From: Rhynchobatus australiae
Lineage: Eukaryota
DNA length: 64,000 nucleotides
Reading direction: 5' to 3'
Assembly: GCA_034780895.1 (NCBI GenBank)
Contig: JAUZTB010000072.1
Location: forward strand, 8,026,273-8,090,272
The notes under the pieces were generated by a model that was not told where the DNA came from, ran no database searches, and saw only the letters and a program-made list of their open reading frames with translations. Made by a program: the position numbers and the translations under genes. Positions 38,440-49,510 of this stretch are shown piece by piece (within the stretch, counting starts at the first letter, position 1; every line of letters starts with the position of its first letter).

Positions 38440-38870
38440 ATGTGTGATCTCTGATGAGGAGGCAATAGAACTGCATACTTCGCCAGTATTGTTCACCATT
38501 TACTGGGCTTGGCCACATAGACTCTCCAGACAAATGCTGAGCTTCTCATGAATAGCAATGCCTTCTTCTTGGTGTTCTAGTGATCATTTTTAGTGCCATG
38601 TTTCCTGGAAGCTCATTTGATTCCTTCCAGTTTGACAGATGTCTTTGGCAGATAACACTGCCCTGATAGAGGATCTTGGGAGACACTCCTTGCGCGTTTT
38701 CTGACACCTAGCTGCACTCTGTATATTACAGCTGAGCATCATTGCAGTGAGGGCTCTCAGACAGTACCAAGACAGTGGTGGAGCATACCATTGGCCTTAG
38801 TATGGAGGTATACTGCAGTAAAAACAAACAGTTGTGGCAATTTTGTGGTTTCCTTGTGTGCTCACTAATA
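38440..38870 (+). mobile_element. Harbinger/PIF transposase relic 3 (catalytic C-terminal half)
   Basis: SAMFPGSSFDSF (38592-38627; cf. ARYPGSSHDAF), ILGD (~38673), FLTP, STKTVVEHTIGL (38763-38798; cf. STRTVVERTIGLLK). Confidence 0.78.
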
Positions 38871-39479
38871 GGAGTCACAAGAAAAATAAGTGGGTTGGAT
38901 GAGGATGAATCCAATGGAGATCTTAAGTAGGCAACTCACCACCACCCTAAGTGTAGTCAGAGATGAGCAATAAATAGTGGCCTTGGTGCCAGTGTCAAAG
39001 GTGGTGCTATACAGTGTCTGGCATAATGGCACGTTCTGGTTGTCTCTGCTGTCATCATCACCTTCCTCTCCCACACTTTTCTGCTGCTGCTGCTCTATCT
39101 CTGGAGGCTGTAGTTCTGGCAAGTGGAAAATGGGGCCTGTCCTTTTACCCAGCAAAGACACAACACAAGGGAGATCAACGCCAGCATCAAACAAACTGCA
39201 ATAATTAAGAATGCTAATAAGAGTTTACTATTGATCAATTAAAAGATGAAATTATTGTGAAAGTGCATGTTTAATGTAATTACCAGATAGATTTTTGCTT
39301 TTGGTGTGCCTCAGCCTTGGTGGTCTCCCTGCTCCTATAATCTCTTCTTTTGGCCTAACTTTGGTTACTGGTAGTCATTGCCCAATACGAGGAGATGCAT
39401 TGTGCAAATGATTCAAGTATGTATGTAACGGGGTGAGGAAGGGAGGTCTCAGCAGCAAGATGAATGCAAGGCATTTAAT

Positions 39480-39710
39480 AGTGCTAAAGAGTGCTCCTTC
39501 ACTTGTGCAGTGAGGTTACAATATTTTACCTACTTCGATCCATTGTCTGGATTGTGTCAATTCTGGAATACAGTACATTAGCAATCCCCTGTTAACTGCT
39601 TAACCATCCTTCTGACACACATCTCACATTGATGTCATCAATTTCTAAATCCCTCCTGAAGGATTTAGGGGCCCTTTCCCTTTTCCCTGCATCCTCTCTG
39701 CTCCATGGCA
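39480..39710 (-). mobile_element. Possible Myb/SANT-like ORF remnant of the Harbinger element
   Basis: Minus-strand KRERAPKSFRRDLEI followed by GIANV...TMD remnants resembles the RxRAPxFSxxELE...W.EIA...RT.xQ motif. Confidence 0.4.
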
Positions 39711-40184
39711 GTAAATCTGTGTGCTTCTGCTGTCTGGCTGCCATGGCGATTGTGTCATTAAGGGCTGAGGCCCTGTAGTGAGTTGCTGCACAGCAAACTG
39801 CTGGCAGCTGAAGGAAGTTTGTGCTTCTGTCAGAACCAGGGCTGTTTGCAATATAAGGAAACATTTAGCAGCAAAACCACAGTGGGAGTGCTGCATACTC
39901 TTTGAGAACCAATATCACTGCCCTTTCAGATGAGCCCAAATCACTACAGCGATGAAGCAGTAGTGTTCAAAGTACCTAGGTATATATTGATTGATTTTTT
40001 TCCACATGAGTTAATGATCTACTGAACATAATGATGGAATAAGTGGGTGTACAGTTGACATAATAGGATTCCATGCATCTGATAAAATAGCATAGTCNNN
40101 NNNNNNNNNNNNNNNNNNNNNNNNNNNNNNNNNNNNNNNNNNNNNNNNNNNNNNNNNNNNNNNNNNNNNNNNNNNNNNNNNNNN

Positions 40185-40451
40185 GTATAAATTGAGACTG
40201 CACTTTAGCAAATAAGTTGATGGTATGAAGATTAGCTAGAGTGATTTCTGGGCTGAAAAGTGGTCACAGTTGGAATATTGTATAAATTGAGACTGCACTT
40301 TAGCAAATAAGTTGATGGTATGAAGATTAGCTAGAGTGATTTCTGGGCTGAAAAGTGGTCACAGTTGGAATATTGTATAAATTGAGACTGCACTTTAGCA
40401 AATAAGTTGATGGTATGAAGATTAGCTAGAGTGATTTCTGGGCTGAAAAGT
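40185..40451. repeat. Perfect tandem repeat, 95-bp unit, ~2.8 copies, abutting an N gap
   Basis: Unit gtataaattgagactgcac...tggaatatt starts at 40185, 40280 and 40375. Confidence 0.92.
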
Positions 40452-41247
40452 TTCTATTTATATAATGAGTCTGAAGAAACTGCGGTTAATCTCTTTAAAA
40501 CAGAATATTAGAAGCAGTGTTGGGAATTCCTAGCTCTTTCACACCTCTTTACTCTTGCTTTATCAATATGGTGTTCCCATTTGGACATGGAATTTTGAGG
40601 ATTTTCTCACAGCATTTAGGAACCTTCTGTGGTTTCTTCTAAATATGTTTTGGTTTCTGTGTCTGAGACTTATTTTCCTACGTTCACCTATATAGCCAAA
40701 TTTGTCTAGCCAGCCTGCTGATTCCTGATGCATTTAGTATCTAGCATTATTGTGTCTCAAATTATATTCAGCCTGTTGAAATGGTGCTGCTTTGAAGTTC
40801 CTCTTTTATTTTTTAACTTTTTTAAATATGTTCTTAATTTCCAGTTCTATTTACAGATGTCATATTTCAAAGTCTCGGGTGGGAGAAATATAGCTAGGTC
40901 ATTCAAGGTAAAATCGAGAAGCACTTGTTGCACATAATGCTGAAATATGTAAAACTTCGCAAAAAGTGTTGAAACCATGTCAATTTGAAATTTCACAACC
41001 AAAATGAATAGACTTTGGATAGGCAGGGTAATTAAAAGTTGGGATATCAGAGTGGGTAGGAAGAATTAAGCTACAGATCAACTATAATCTGCATGAGTGG
41101 CGAAATAGGCTAGAGGTGGAATGATCTAGTCCCTCTGTTCCTAAATACTGCTCCCTTCTGCGGATAGCTTCTCCCCTAATTAATGTTTCCAACTTCATTC
41201 TACTTTGAATTTTCTTTTCTATATATTACTCTTACAAAGATCACTGT

Positions 41248-42055
41248 TTCTTTTTATAACTTGTTCATCCTTTGTTTCTCTAGTATTCCTGGATGCCTGC
41301 CCTTTTTCTGTTTATCCTCACTATTTTAAAATCATGCTTCATTGCCTTATTGCCTTCAATTCTTTATTTTATAGGTTAAGATTTTTAAAACAACCAAACT
41401 TTCCTTCTCAGCTTGGCATCACAAGACATGTCTTTCTATTTTGTCTTTATCTCAACTTTTTCTTCTTTATAATTATAGTATTGTCACTTTACTATTCAGT
41501 TTTAAGAATGGCTGTGATATATCTATATCACAAAAGAAGCTAATGGTATTGGTTAAAAAATAGTTACCATTCACATCATCCAGATTTCGACTGTTCATTG
41601 CTGTTCCTAATTGTAGGTCATGAATAATATTTACTTTTTATTTGCTTATATAATTAGTTGTAGCAAGGAAGGAAACACTTGTATATTTTTGTGAAACCTG
41701 GGATAGTGCGAGACACAGGACAAGCCATAATGGAGGTAAATTAAAATGCAGTCCAAAAACCATGTGGGAAAGGTACCAGTGGCAACAGTACGTATGTGTA
41801 ATTAGCATTTATCACACAGAAGGAAAGATGAACCCAAATGAATAGTGAAGATAGTGGATTTTTGATATTTTTTGTTCAAGGAACTAGGAAATTTTTGAAA
41901 GCATTAACCTGTTATGGTGTTCCTTTTTATAACTTGTCTGTCCATTCTTTGTTTCTCTAGTATTCCTGGATGCCTGCCCTTTTCTGCTTATCCTCACTAT
42001 TTTAAAATCATGTAATATTGCCTTATTGCCTTCAATTCTTTATTTTATAGGTTAA
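41248..42055 (+). repeat. Dispersed ~130-bp direct duplication (41248-41379 and 41921-42055)
   Basis: tttttataacttg...ctttgtttctctagtattcctggatgcctgccc...ttcaattctttattttataggttaa appears twice with a few differences. Confidence 0.9.
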
Positions 42056-42358
42056 TATTGGTTTGCATACACACATGAATATTTCAGCATTACAATCTTA
42101 AGAGAAAAATGTGGAGAAAATACTGTGGTGCTCTTCTAAATCTTCACTCCATTAAATATGTTGAGTCTCTGAATAAAGCTATGGCTTTGTACATTGAAAG
42201 GAAAACTTATGCTATCTGGCAGACATGGTGACCTGCTCGCCCTGTGTGGTTTGCACAAATTTCAGCCAAGGCTCTGTTTGCATCTCAGTTCCACAAGGAG
42301 CTGCTCACTGCACAGATTGTGACTAACAGAGGCCTCCTTGTTCTTCCAACTCTCTTAG

Positions 42359-42446
42359 CCTTGGAAACTGCATCTCATGGGAAGAGACGGCTGTAAAATG
42401 AACCCCCGCAGAATGCAGACATTACAGAGGACCCAGCAACTCCAAG
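42359..42446 (+). CDS. CEP104: CEP104 coding exon (end of ZnF4): PWKLHLMGRDGCKMNPRRMQTLQRTQQLQ
   Basis: Matches AWKAHLMGPAGCTMNLRK; acceptor ctctcttag| with a consensus branch point GACTAAC at 42321-42327; donor AAG|gtaaaa; phase 0 to 1. Confidence 0.95.
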
Positions 42447-43944
42447 GTAAAATATTTTGTATAAATCAAAGCCATCTTAAGAGCCAAATTTTAACCTATT
42501 CTTCAATTTAAGCACATTCATTAAAGTAAAATGCATCTTTTTACACCATCAAATGGATTGTTTAATCTAGGAACTTTCTGGTATTGGTGATGGAGGCATT
42601 CTTTCTGGATGATCTGTGAATCTGGACTCTGAAAACGTGCATTTAGACTTCTGCTATTTCAAAGGCTTTCATGTATTTGCATGGTTCAGAAGCTTCAACC
42701 AAAAGTCTTTCAATATAATTTTCAGTGTTGTAGACCTGAGTGACTCTAGTGCACTGTTTACACACATTTTGAATGAGTTCTGTCACCACGTATGTTCTCA
42801 TTCTAATTGCTTCTCTTATTTATGTTATTACTGTTTAGCAATGTTTAACTGGCAATCCATAAAATATGAACATGGCCCATTGAAATCAACAGTTCAGGCA
42901 CATGACAAAAGGTCATGGCTACAGTGCGAGTGCCCCATCTTGCTAATGCCCTTTCTGTCCCATGCACTGCTGATCCAATAGACTGTACTAATCAGCAAAT
43001 AACATTCATCCCTGTCTTTCCCTTGAGAATGATACTTCAAATGGGTCCTCTTTAAGGACATTCACTGAAGGGCTGTTTGAGACTATGTGGAAAACATCCC
43101 TGCCTTCGGTGGCAGACCTGCCTGTCAGGATGCCATTAGTAAGCCAACTTGATCTGTCAATTTGTTCTTTAATTATTGATTTAATTTCAGGATTTACTTT
43201 CTTCTATTTCTGTTGCCTTGGATGTCACCCTTGGTGCCAACCTGTTTGCCTCTTCCTGTCCTTTTTCACCCCTCCTCTCCAAAAACCTCCCATAAAGGTC
43301 ATTAATCACTTGCTTGACAACTTGTAAGTACAGGATTTGTTCTCTCCTGTGTGGCATTGAGAAGAATTGCTGCCTAACTAGCAGCATGTTCTTAAAAAGT
43401 AAATATGTTAATATTATCCATCTGGTGACATAAATCCACCAAGCAATACACCAGCTGGAGATGTAAAATTTTAACAGTAATGGCTGTTTACACCTCTAAA
43501 ACCCAGTCTTGGTAATGACTGGAAATAGAAATACTTTTCTCATACTCAGCCACCAAATGTTGCCTTCCGGAGCTGTTGTCTTTAGGTGCCAGTGAGTACA
43601 GCTTCAGGAAACTGGAAAAAAAACACTGACTTAAAGCAGCATTTAGAAAGACTTTGTGAATACTGTTACTATGTGGGCCTTAGCAATAGTTGACTTGTGT
43701 AATCTTGAGCCCATTTCCTCCCTACAAGTTAATTCATTAACGCTTTCTATCTGTGTAGTAATTTCTACCTGCTTTTACAACCTCCATGTAGATGAACTTT
43801 CAGTTTAACAGTCTTCATGTAAATTTTTGGGATCATTTACTACATAAAGCCACAGATTTGTCCTTTATCTCTGCTGTCTTCAAAAAAGCTACAGTATAGC
43901 CAAGATGAATCTCCAGATTTCTTTGACAATAACTCAGATGATTA

Positions 43945-44115
43945 ACTAAAATAAAAACAATGCTTGTAAAACACCGGCAGGTCAGGCAACACTGGAAAGG
44001 GAAACAGTTAATGCTTCATATCTGATCTAATACATTCTGCTGCCTGACCTGCTGAGCTTTTCCAGCATTTTCTGTTTTTATTTCAGATTTCCAGCATCTG
44101 TTTTTATTATTTCAG
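43945..44115. repeat. Palindromic Penelope pLTR-type non-autonomous repeat
   Basis: gcaggtcaggca arm and inverted tgctgcctgacctgctgagc arm; same family as ~7690, 20630, 23655, 36875, 51060, 55590 and 61010. Confidence 0.65.
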
Positions 44116-45289
44116 ATTATTAACTAAATTGCTCATGCCATCCCTTGCAACAGTAGAATTGTTTCTAAACAGAATGCCAAGCAAATTTACTATTTTCTTT
44201 CATAGAAAAAAACCCACTGGATGTTTATTATTGAATGGAATAGCTTAATGTATTAATTCCAAATACATAGAAAGTCCTTTCAAATTAGTTTCCATCCACA
44301 GACAATAACAGCGAATCATCTATGTGCATCAAATGGTGTGAAATGTGTATTTGAACTCTACAGAAATGGCTTGCAGTAACTAATGCTTTAATTGCATATC
44401 TAGCAGCCAACATGAAATAACCTAATGAAACATCATGCAGTTCAGTGCAGTGTTCTTTCTAGTCTTTAAGAACATGCATAATGGTTTGCTATGGCACAAA
44501 ACTATTTCATCATTAACATTAGCCAGAAGGATCCTTACAATTGTGCTTGATAGCAGAGTTTAACAAAGGGGAATAATATCAAGGCTATCTTTATTGCACT
44601 GACTTTGAGCATGAAAACAACTTGGTAGTTCCACATTATATCTATAATATCCTGGTGGACTTGGGATGGATCTGTGTCATTGTCTGTCTCTACAGCAATT
44701 CTTCAGTTAACATTTTGTTCTTATCTAAGAATTTTTTTCTTTTGAATATTTTATTGTTTTCACATTGCACTGCTGGTTCAGTTTTTGGGGCTGAATCTGG
44801 GTTAAAATTCCTCCATTCAAAACTAAATGATGATATTTTCCCATTGAAATCCTGTTTTAACCATGTAGAATTTAGGAAAATTAATTTTCCCAAATTTTAT
44901 TGTGTCCTCATTTCATTCATTGAATGGTATGGATCGCTTGCTAGTTCCAAAACATTGCTTATAATTCTGGAAGATTATTCTAAGAGAATGGATTGCCGAT
45001 TTTGATCATTCATATTTCAATGGTAAGATCTCTTAACACTCTGGTTGAAAATGTACTTGCCTCAGAGGGAAACCAGGTCATTTCCCATCATTTTGGAAAT
45101 TAGACTGTGAAAGTGATGCTCTTGTGAATGCCATACTGCTAACATCAAATACTAGGGTCCTTTTGTAGTGAATGCCTTTAGTTGTGGAAATTTTAGTTAA
45201 ATTTTAAACACTGGTCATGAACCTGGAATTGGTCACATTGTTCATGGCAATTAGTCACAGCAGGAAAGTCCTCAAGCAAGTGATTCAAA

Positions 45290-46752
45290 AGGCCAACAGG
45301 GGCCACGAAATGTCCCAAAGTGTTTTATTCTTGTATTAAGAAAAAGAGGTTAACTAGGGAGAAGGCAAGTCCACTCAAGGATAAAGCAGGGAATTTGTGC
45401 TTTGTTGGAGCACGTGGTGAGGTACTAAATAAGTACTTCCTCAGTATTTACTGAGAAGGATTTGGAGGATTGTGAAGGCAGAGTGGGACCTGCTAATGTG
45501 CTGGGACATCTTGAGATTGAGATGGTAGTGCAAGGTTTTCATGTCGTAAGACAGTGATAATAAATCTAATTCTGAATCAGCCTGCCACGAGGGACCTTAT
45601 CAAATGCCTTACTAAAGTCCATGTGGATAACATCCACTACTTTACCCTCATCGAGTTCCTTTGTCACCTCAAAAAAAAACCTCTCAGAAGATAAAGATGC
45701 ATGGGATCCAGGGTGAATTCCAGGTTTGGATCCAGAACTCTCTTGCCCATAGAAAAAAGAGCAAGGGTGGAAGGCTCTTATTCTGGCTGGAGGTCTGTGA
45801 CCAGTGGTGTTCCACAAGGGTTGGTGCTGGGACCTGTTTGATTATGTATCAATGATTTGGATGAAAATGTAGATGGGTGGATTGGCCAGTTTGCAGATGA
45901 CACCAAGATTTGTGGAGTTGTGGACAGTGTAAAGGACTATCAAAGAATACAGCGGGATATAGGTCATTTACAGATATGGGCAGGGAAGTGGCAGCTGAAG
46001 TTTAATCTGGGCAAGTGTGAGGTATTGTGCTTTGGGAGGTCAAATAGAAGGGAAAAAGTTAATGGTAGACCCCTTAATAGCATTGAGGTACAGAGGGATC
46101 TTGGGGTCTAGGTCCACAGTCCACTGAAAGTGACTATGCAAGTGGATAAGGTGGTAAAGAAGGTATATGGCACACTTGCCTTCATTGGTAGGGGTATTGA
46201 ATATAGGAGTAAGGAAGTCATGCTGCAGCTATATGAAACTTTAGTCTGACAACACTTGGAGTATTGCGTGCAGTTCTGGTTACCCCATTGTAGGAAGGAT
46301 GTGGAGAGGGTGCTGAAGAGGTTTGCCAGGATGCTGCCTGGATTAGAGGGTATGAGCTACGAGGGAAGGTTGAACAAACTTGGGCTGTCTCCTTAATGCA
46401 TTGGAGGCTGAGGGGAGATGTGAAGGTCTTTAAAATTATGAGAGGCATAGATAGGCAGTCAGAATCTTCCCCCAGGAAGATTCCAGAGGACCAGAGGACA
46501 TGCTTTGAAGGTTGGGGGTGGGGAGGAGTTTAAAGGGGACGTAAGGGGCATATTTTTTACGCTGATTGCTAAGTGCCTGATAAGGGTTACCGGAGTAGTA
46601 GTGGAACTGGACAGTTTGGAATTTGAAGCTATTAGACAGACACATGAATATGAAGGGAATGGAGGGATATGGATGATACACAGGAGGACATTTGTATAAA
46701 TTGGCATCAAGATCAGCACAACATCTGAATGGCCTGTCCCCTTCTATGTTGC
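45290..46752 (+). mobile_element. CR1 LINE ORF2 and 3' tail with internal deletion and inversion (inverted block ~45570-45683)
   Basis: Plus strand: KKKRLTREKASPLKDKAGNLC, then QKIKMHGIQG, DENVDGWIGQFADDTKICG, tail tgaatggcctgtc. Minus strand: EVTKELDEGKVVDVIHMDFSKAFDKVPRGRLIQ. Confidence 0.92.
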
Positions 46753-47252
46753 CAGTAAATATCTTTAGTTAAGTGACATGCTTTGTAAGTTAAGGATATG
46801 AATGAGCTTGCATACTATATGGGTGTGAAGGCAGATAGGCATTAACAAAAAATAGATTAATTATATGGAATGCAAGTCTGACTCATATTTGGCCTCTTGC
46901 TTACCTTGTACACTAACTGTTCAAAAATAGTTTGGCTGGAATATAGACTTCTATTGAAGGTTTCAGGGAACCTGTGTTTGTTTCCCAGCCCTTAAAAGTA
47001 CATTAACCCTAATCTCTGGAAACAGATTAAGTACTTCTTTCAAATTTTGTTCATATTGATTGTGAAGGTAATTATGAATTGTTTTTGTTCTGCTTTTTAA
47101 AAAGTGTTCCTCTTGTTTTGCTTCTAATGGATTGGTTTGAGTGAGCTGATCACATGCTCTTTATGATCAAAGAATTTAAGCTCTTGCTAAAATTAACCCC
47201 CAATTTTTCTAATGAAAATTCTTAATAGGGGTAATTTTTGTTTTACAAACAG

Positions 47253-47389
47253 CAAAACCGGGAACTACAGCTCCTTCCAGGTCAGGTCCCACAGGAATTA
47301 AAGGACGTTCTCCAACCACCACCAGCAAAATCCCTGCGCCAAGAGGAGGATTAAACAAAACCACAAGCAGAACTCTAAACCGTCGATGA
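47253..47389 (+). CDS. CEP104: CEP104 terminal coding exon: (A)KPGTTAPSRSGPTGIKGRSPTTTSKIPAPRGGLNKTTSRTLNRR*; SKIP EB1/EB3-binding motif at 47324-47335
   Basis: Matches the C-terminus GSKIPTPKGGLSKSSSRTYAKR; acceptor ttttacaaacag|; TGA at 47387-47389. All nine exons sum to 978 nt (326 codons including the stop). Confidence 0.93.
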
Positions 47390-49510
47390 TTCACTCCTGA
47401 TAAGGCGCACAGGAAGCCTAATGAAACTTCTGCATCATCAATTCAAAACATTTGGGTTTGCATTGCTATTTGTGAAAGTGCACAGGGCTGTAAAATCACA
47501 ATATCACCAATAAGGGGTGAAAGACTGTTACCATGAAGGTAAAGAACTCCTGACCTCTTGGAGTCGTTTTAATGTTCTATCACTCATCTACTCAAATGGG
47601 ACTCTAACCTAGTTCTTTAAAGAACTCCAGTGGTACTATGGAAAAAATGGAGTTCAGTTAACTCATATTTTCTGTTACAAAAACATACCTGGGAACCATA
47701 TGCAGAATATTTTGAAAGGGAGTAATTACTGAATCCTGTTTTAACAGAACTGCTTCCTTGTACAGTTCACATTTTTTTCTGTTGCCTACATTTCACTCAC
47801 CAATCTTAGCTAAGTTTGCAATCACACAGCTGTGGAGTAATCAATAGTAGGAGTCCTTGGAGTACATTTTTTAAATTTATACGCAGTCATTCCCTTTTTA
47901 ATTTTGTGCATGCTTGAACAGATGACCAGAGCAACAATTGAATTTGTGTAATCCACGTGGTTTGTATGAAGGGATGGATCCACTCCTGGCTTTGCCATTT
48001 TCAATAAGTGTCCAAGTTCATACATAGATCTGAAATGAGATTCACCAAGTGGGCATCCACCCCCATCCTGCCCAAAGCCTTAAAAAAAAATCAGCTTGTG
48101 GCCAACACAGTCAAATGCTTTGGCTAAATCTATATTTTGAAATAAACACTGCCAGGTCCTTGCGATTCTTCTTGGCCCCTATCATTAAATTATTTTAAAT
48201 GGCATTGTTTTGGTTGCATCTAGGAGTGGCTGCAATGAATCCTTTCTGATATTAGTCAACCTTTTGGCTAAAATTTTGATAACAATCCTCCATAGTATTA
48301 ACCTGATGGAGATGGCTTGCTAATTATCAATTAATTTTAATCTATTGACATCTTCCTACTTGGGAATAATGAATGTCCAGCTGTTCTTAATATTAGATGG
48401 AATTTTGCCACGTTTTACCCAAGAGAGAAACATTCTGGTTAAAATAGTGATGTTTACCCCATTCAGATTGTGAACCCCATTCAGATTAAGGCATCCCGGC
48501 CAGCCACAGTGTCCCTTATAAAAATCATCAATAGCATTTAAAACTTTGGTTGCACTAAAATCTTGTAAAAGGAATAACTTATTAGCCTGTTTCAAAGTGA
48601 AGGAGAACTTTCATATAATCATTTGACCAGCAGTGGATCGAGCTTATTGTGACCAGATAAATCAATTCACTTTTTGAGGCCTCACTGAAAGCAAGTACTG
48701 TCATTTACTATTTTTAAAAAAATTCTGTGAAGTAAATAATTGTAGCAAAAACTTTTCGCAGAAATATTTGCCACAGATTTATTGCGTACTTGACATGGGA
48801 GTTCTGTTTGAGATGGATTGAGAAAAGCTAGGCAACAGGGCTCTCATTGCAGTTCTTTCATGAATCTCTGGTGCACAAGTCTGATTGCTTTTACCATATG
48901 AATAGGCTCATTTACAGTGAAGTGACTTAACTGCTTATGTAAACACCTGACAAGGAAAATATTGATGGTAAAAATGCATTAGGGAGATCCATGAAGTAAA
49001 ATAAAAGGCAGTATTTCTAGTTTCATGTTTTGATGTTAAATAATTGCCTGGGTGGAGCACATAATGAAACGTCAGTTGAAGAGGGATACACACTTACAAT
49101 TCACCTGATTTTTGATCTTCTTGAGTTATGCAGGCAGTTATTTAATGAAGTACTGGAACGTGTGCAAAAATTTTGGAATCTTAAAGTAATTTTAAAGTAT
49201 TCCTTTATTGGAATCTTTAATGCTTCAGTGTCTTCATCTGCAATGCACACTTTCTCGTTTAAAGTTGAATCCACCCATTTCTTCCCCGGTTGTCGAATGC
49301 AGTGTTTTTGTGGAAACATTTCCAAAACAAAAAAAATCCTGAAATTTTGTTTTTTATTAAGACCTGTGCTCTCTGTGGGGCATTTGTTCAGACCAAAGGC
49401 TGGAGCAAGATTCAGTCCTATGATGTCAAAGTAATAGGAAAGCATTATCCACTTGGAATTTTTCACTGTGCTTCTGACATTTAAACATTTAACAATCGCC
49501 ATTGAATAAA
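47390..49510 (+). other. Putative CEP104 3' UTR with candidate AATAAA signals at 48141, 49000 and 49505
   Basis: AT-rich sequence after the stop with no repeat I recognise; AATAAA hexamers read directly. The true cleavage site is unknown. Confidence 0.45.

Noticed and set aside
40185-40451. CRISPR-like array
   Set aside because: Units are fully identical with no unique spacers, and the DNA is eukaryotic.
49030-49502. Overlapping 134-aa and 133-aa ORFs on both strands
   Set aside because: Lie in the presumptive 3' UTR, with no homology or splice support.
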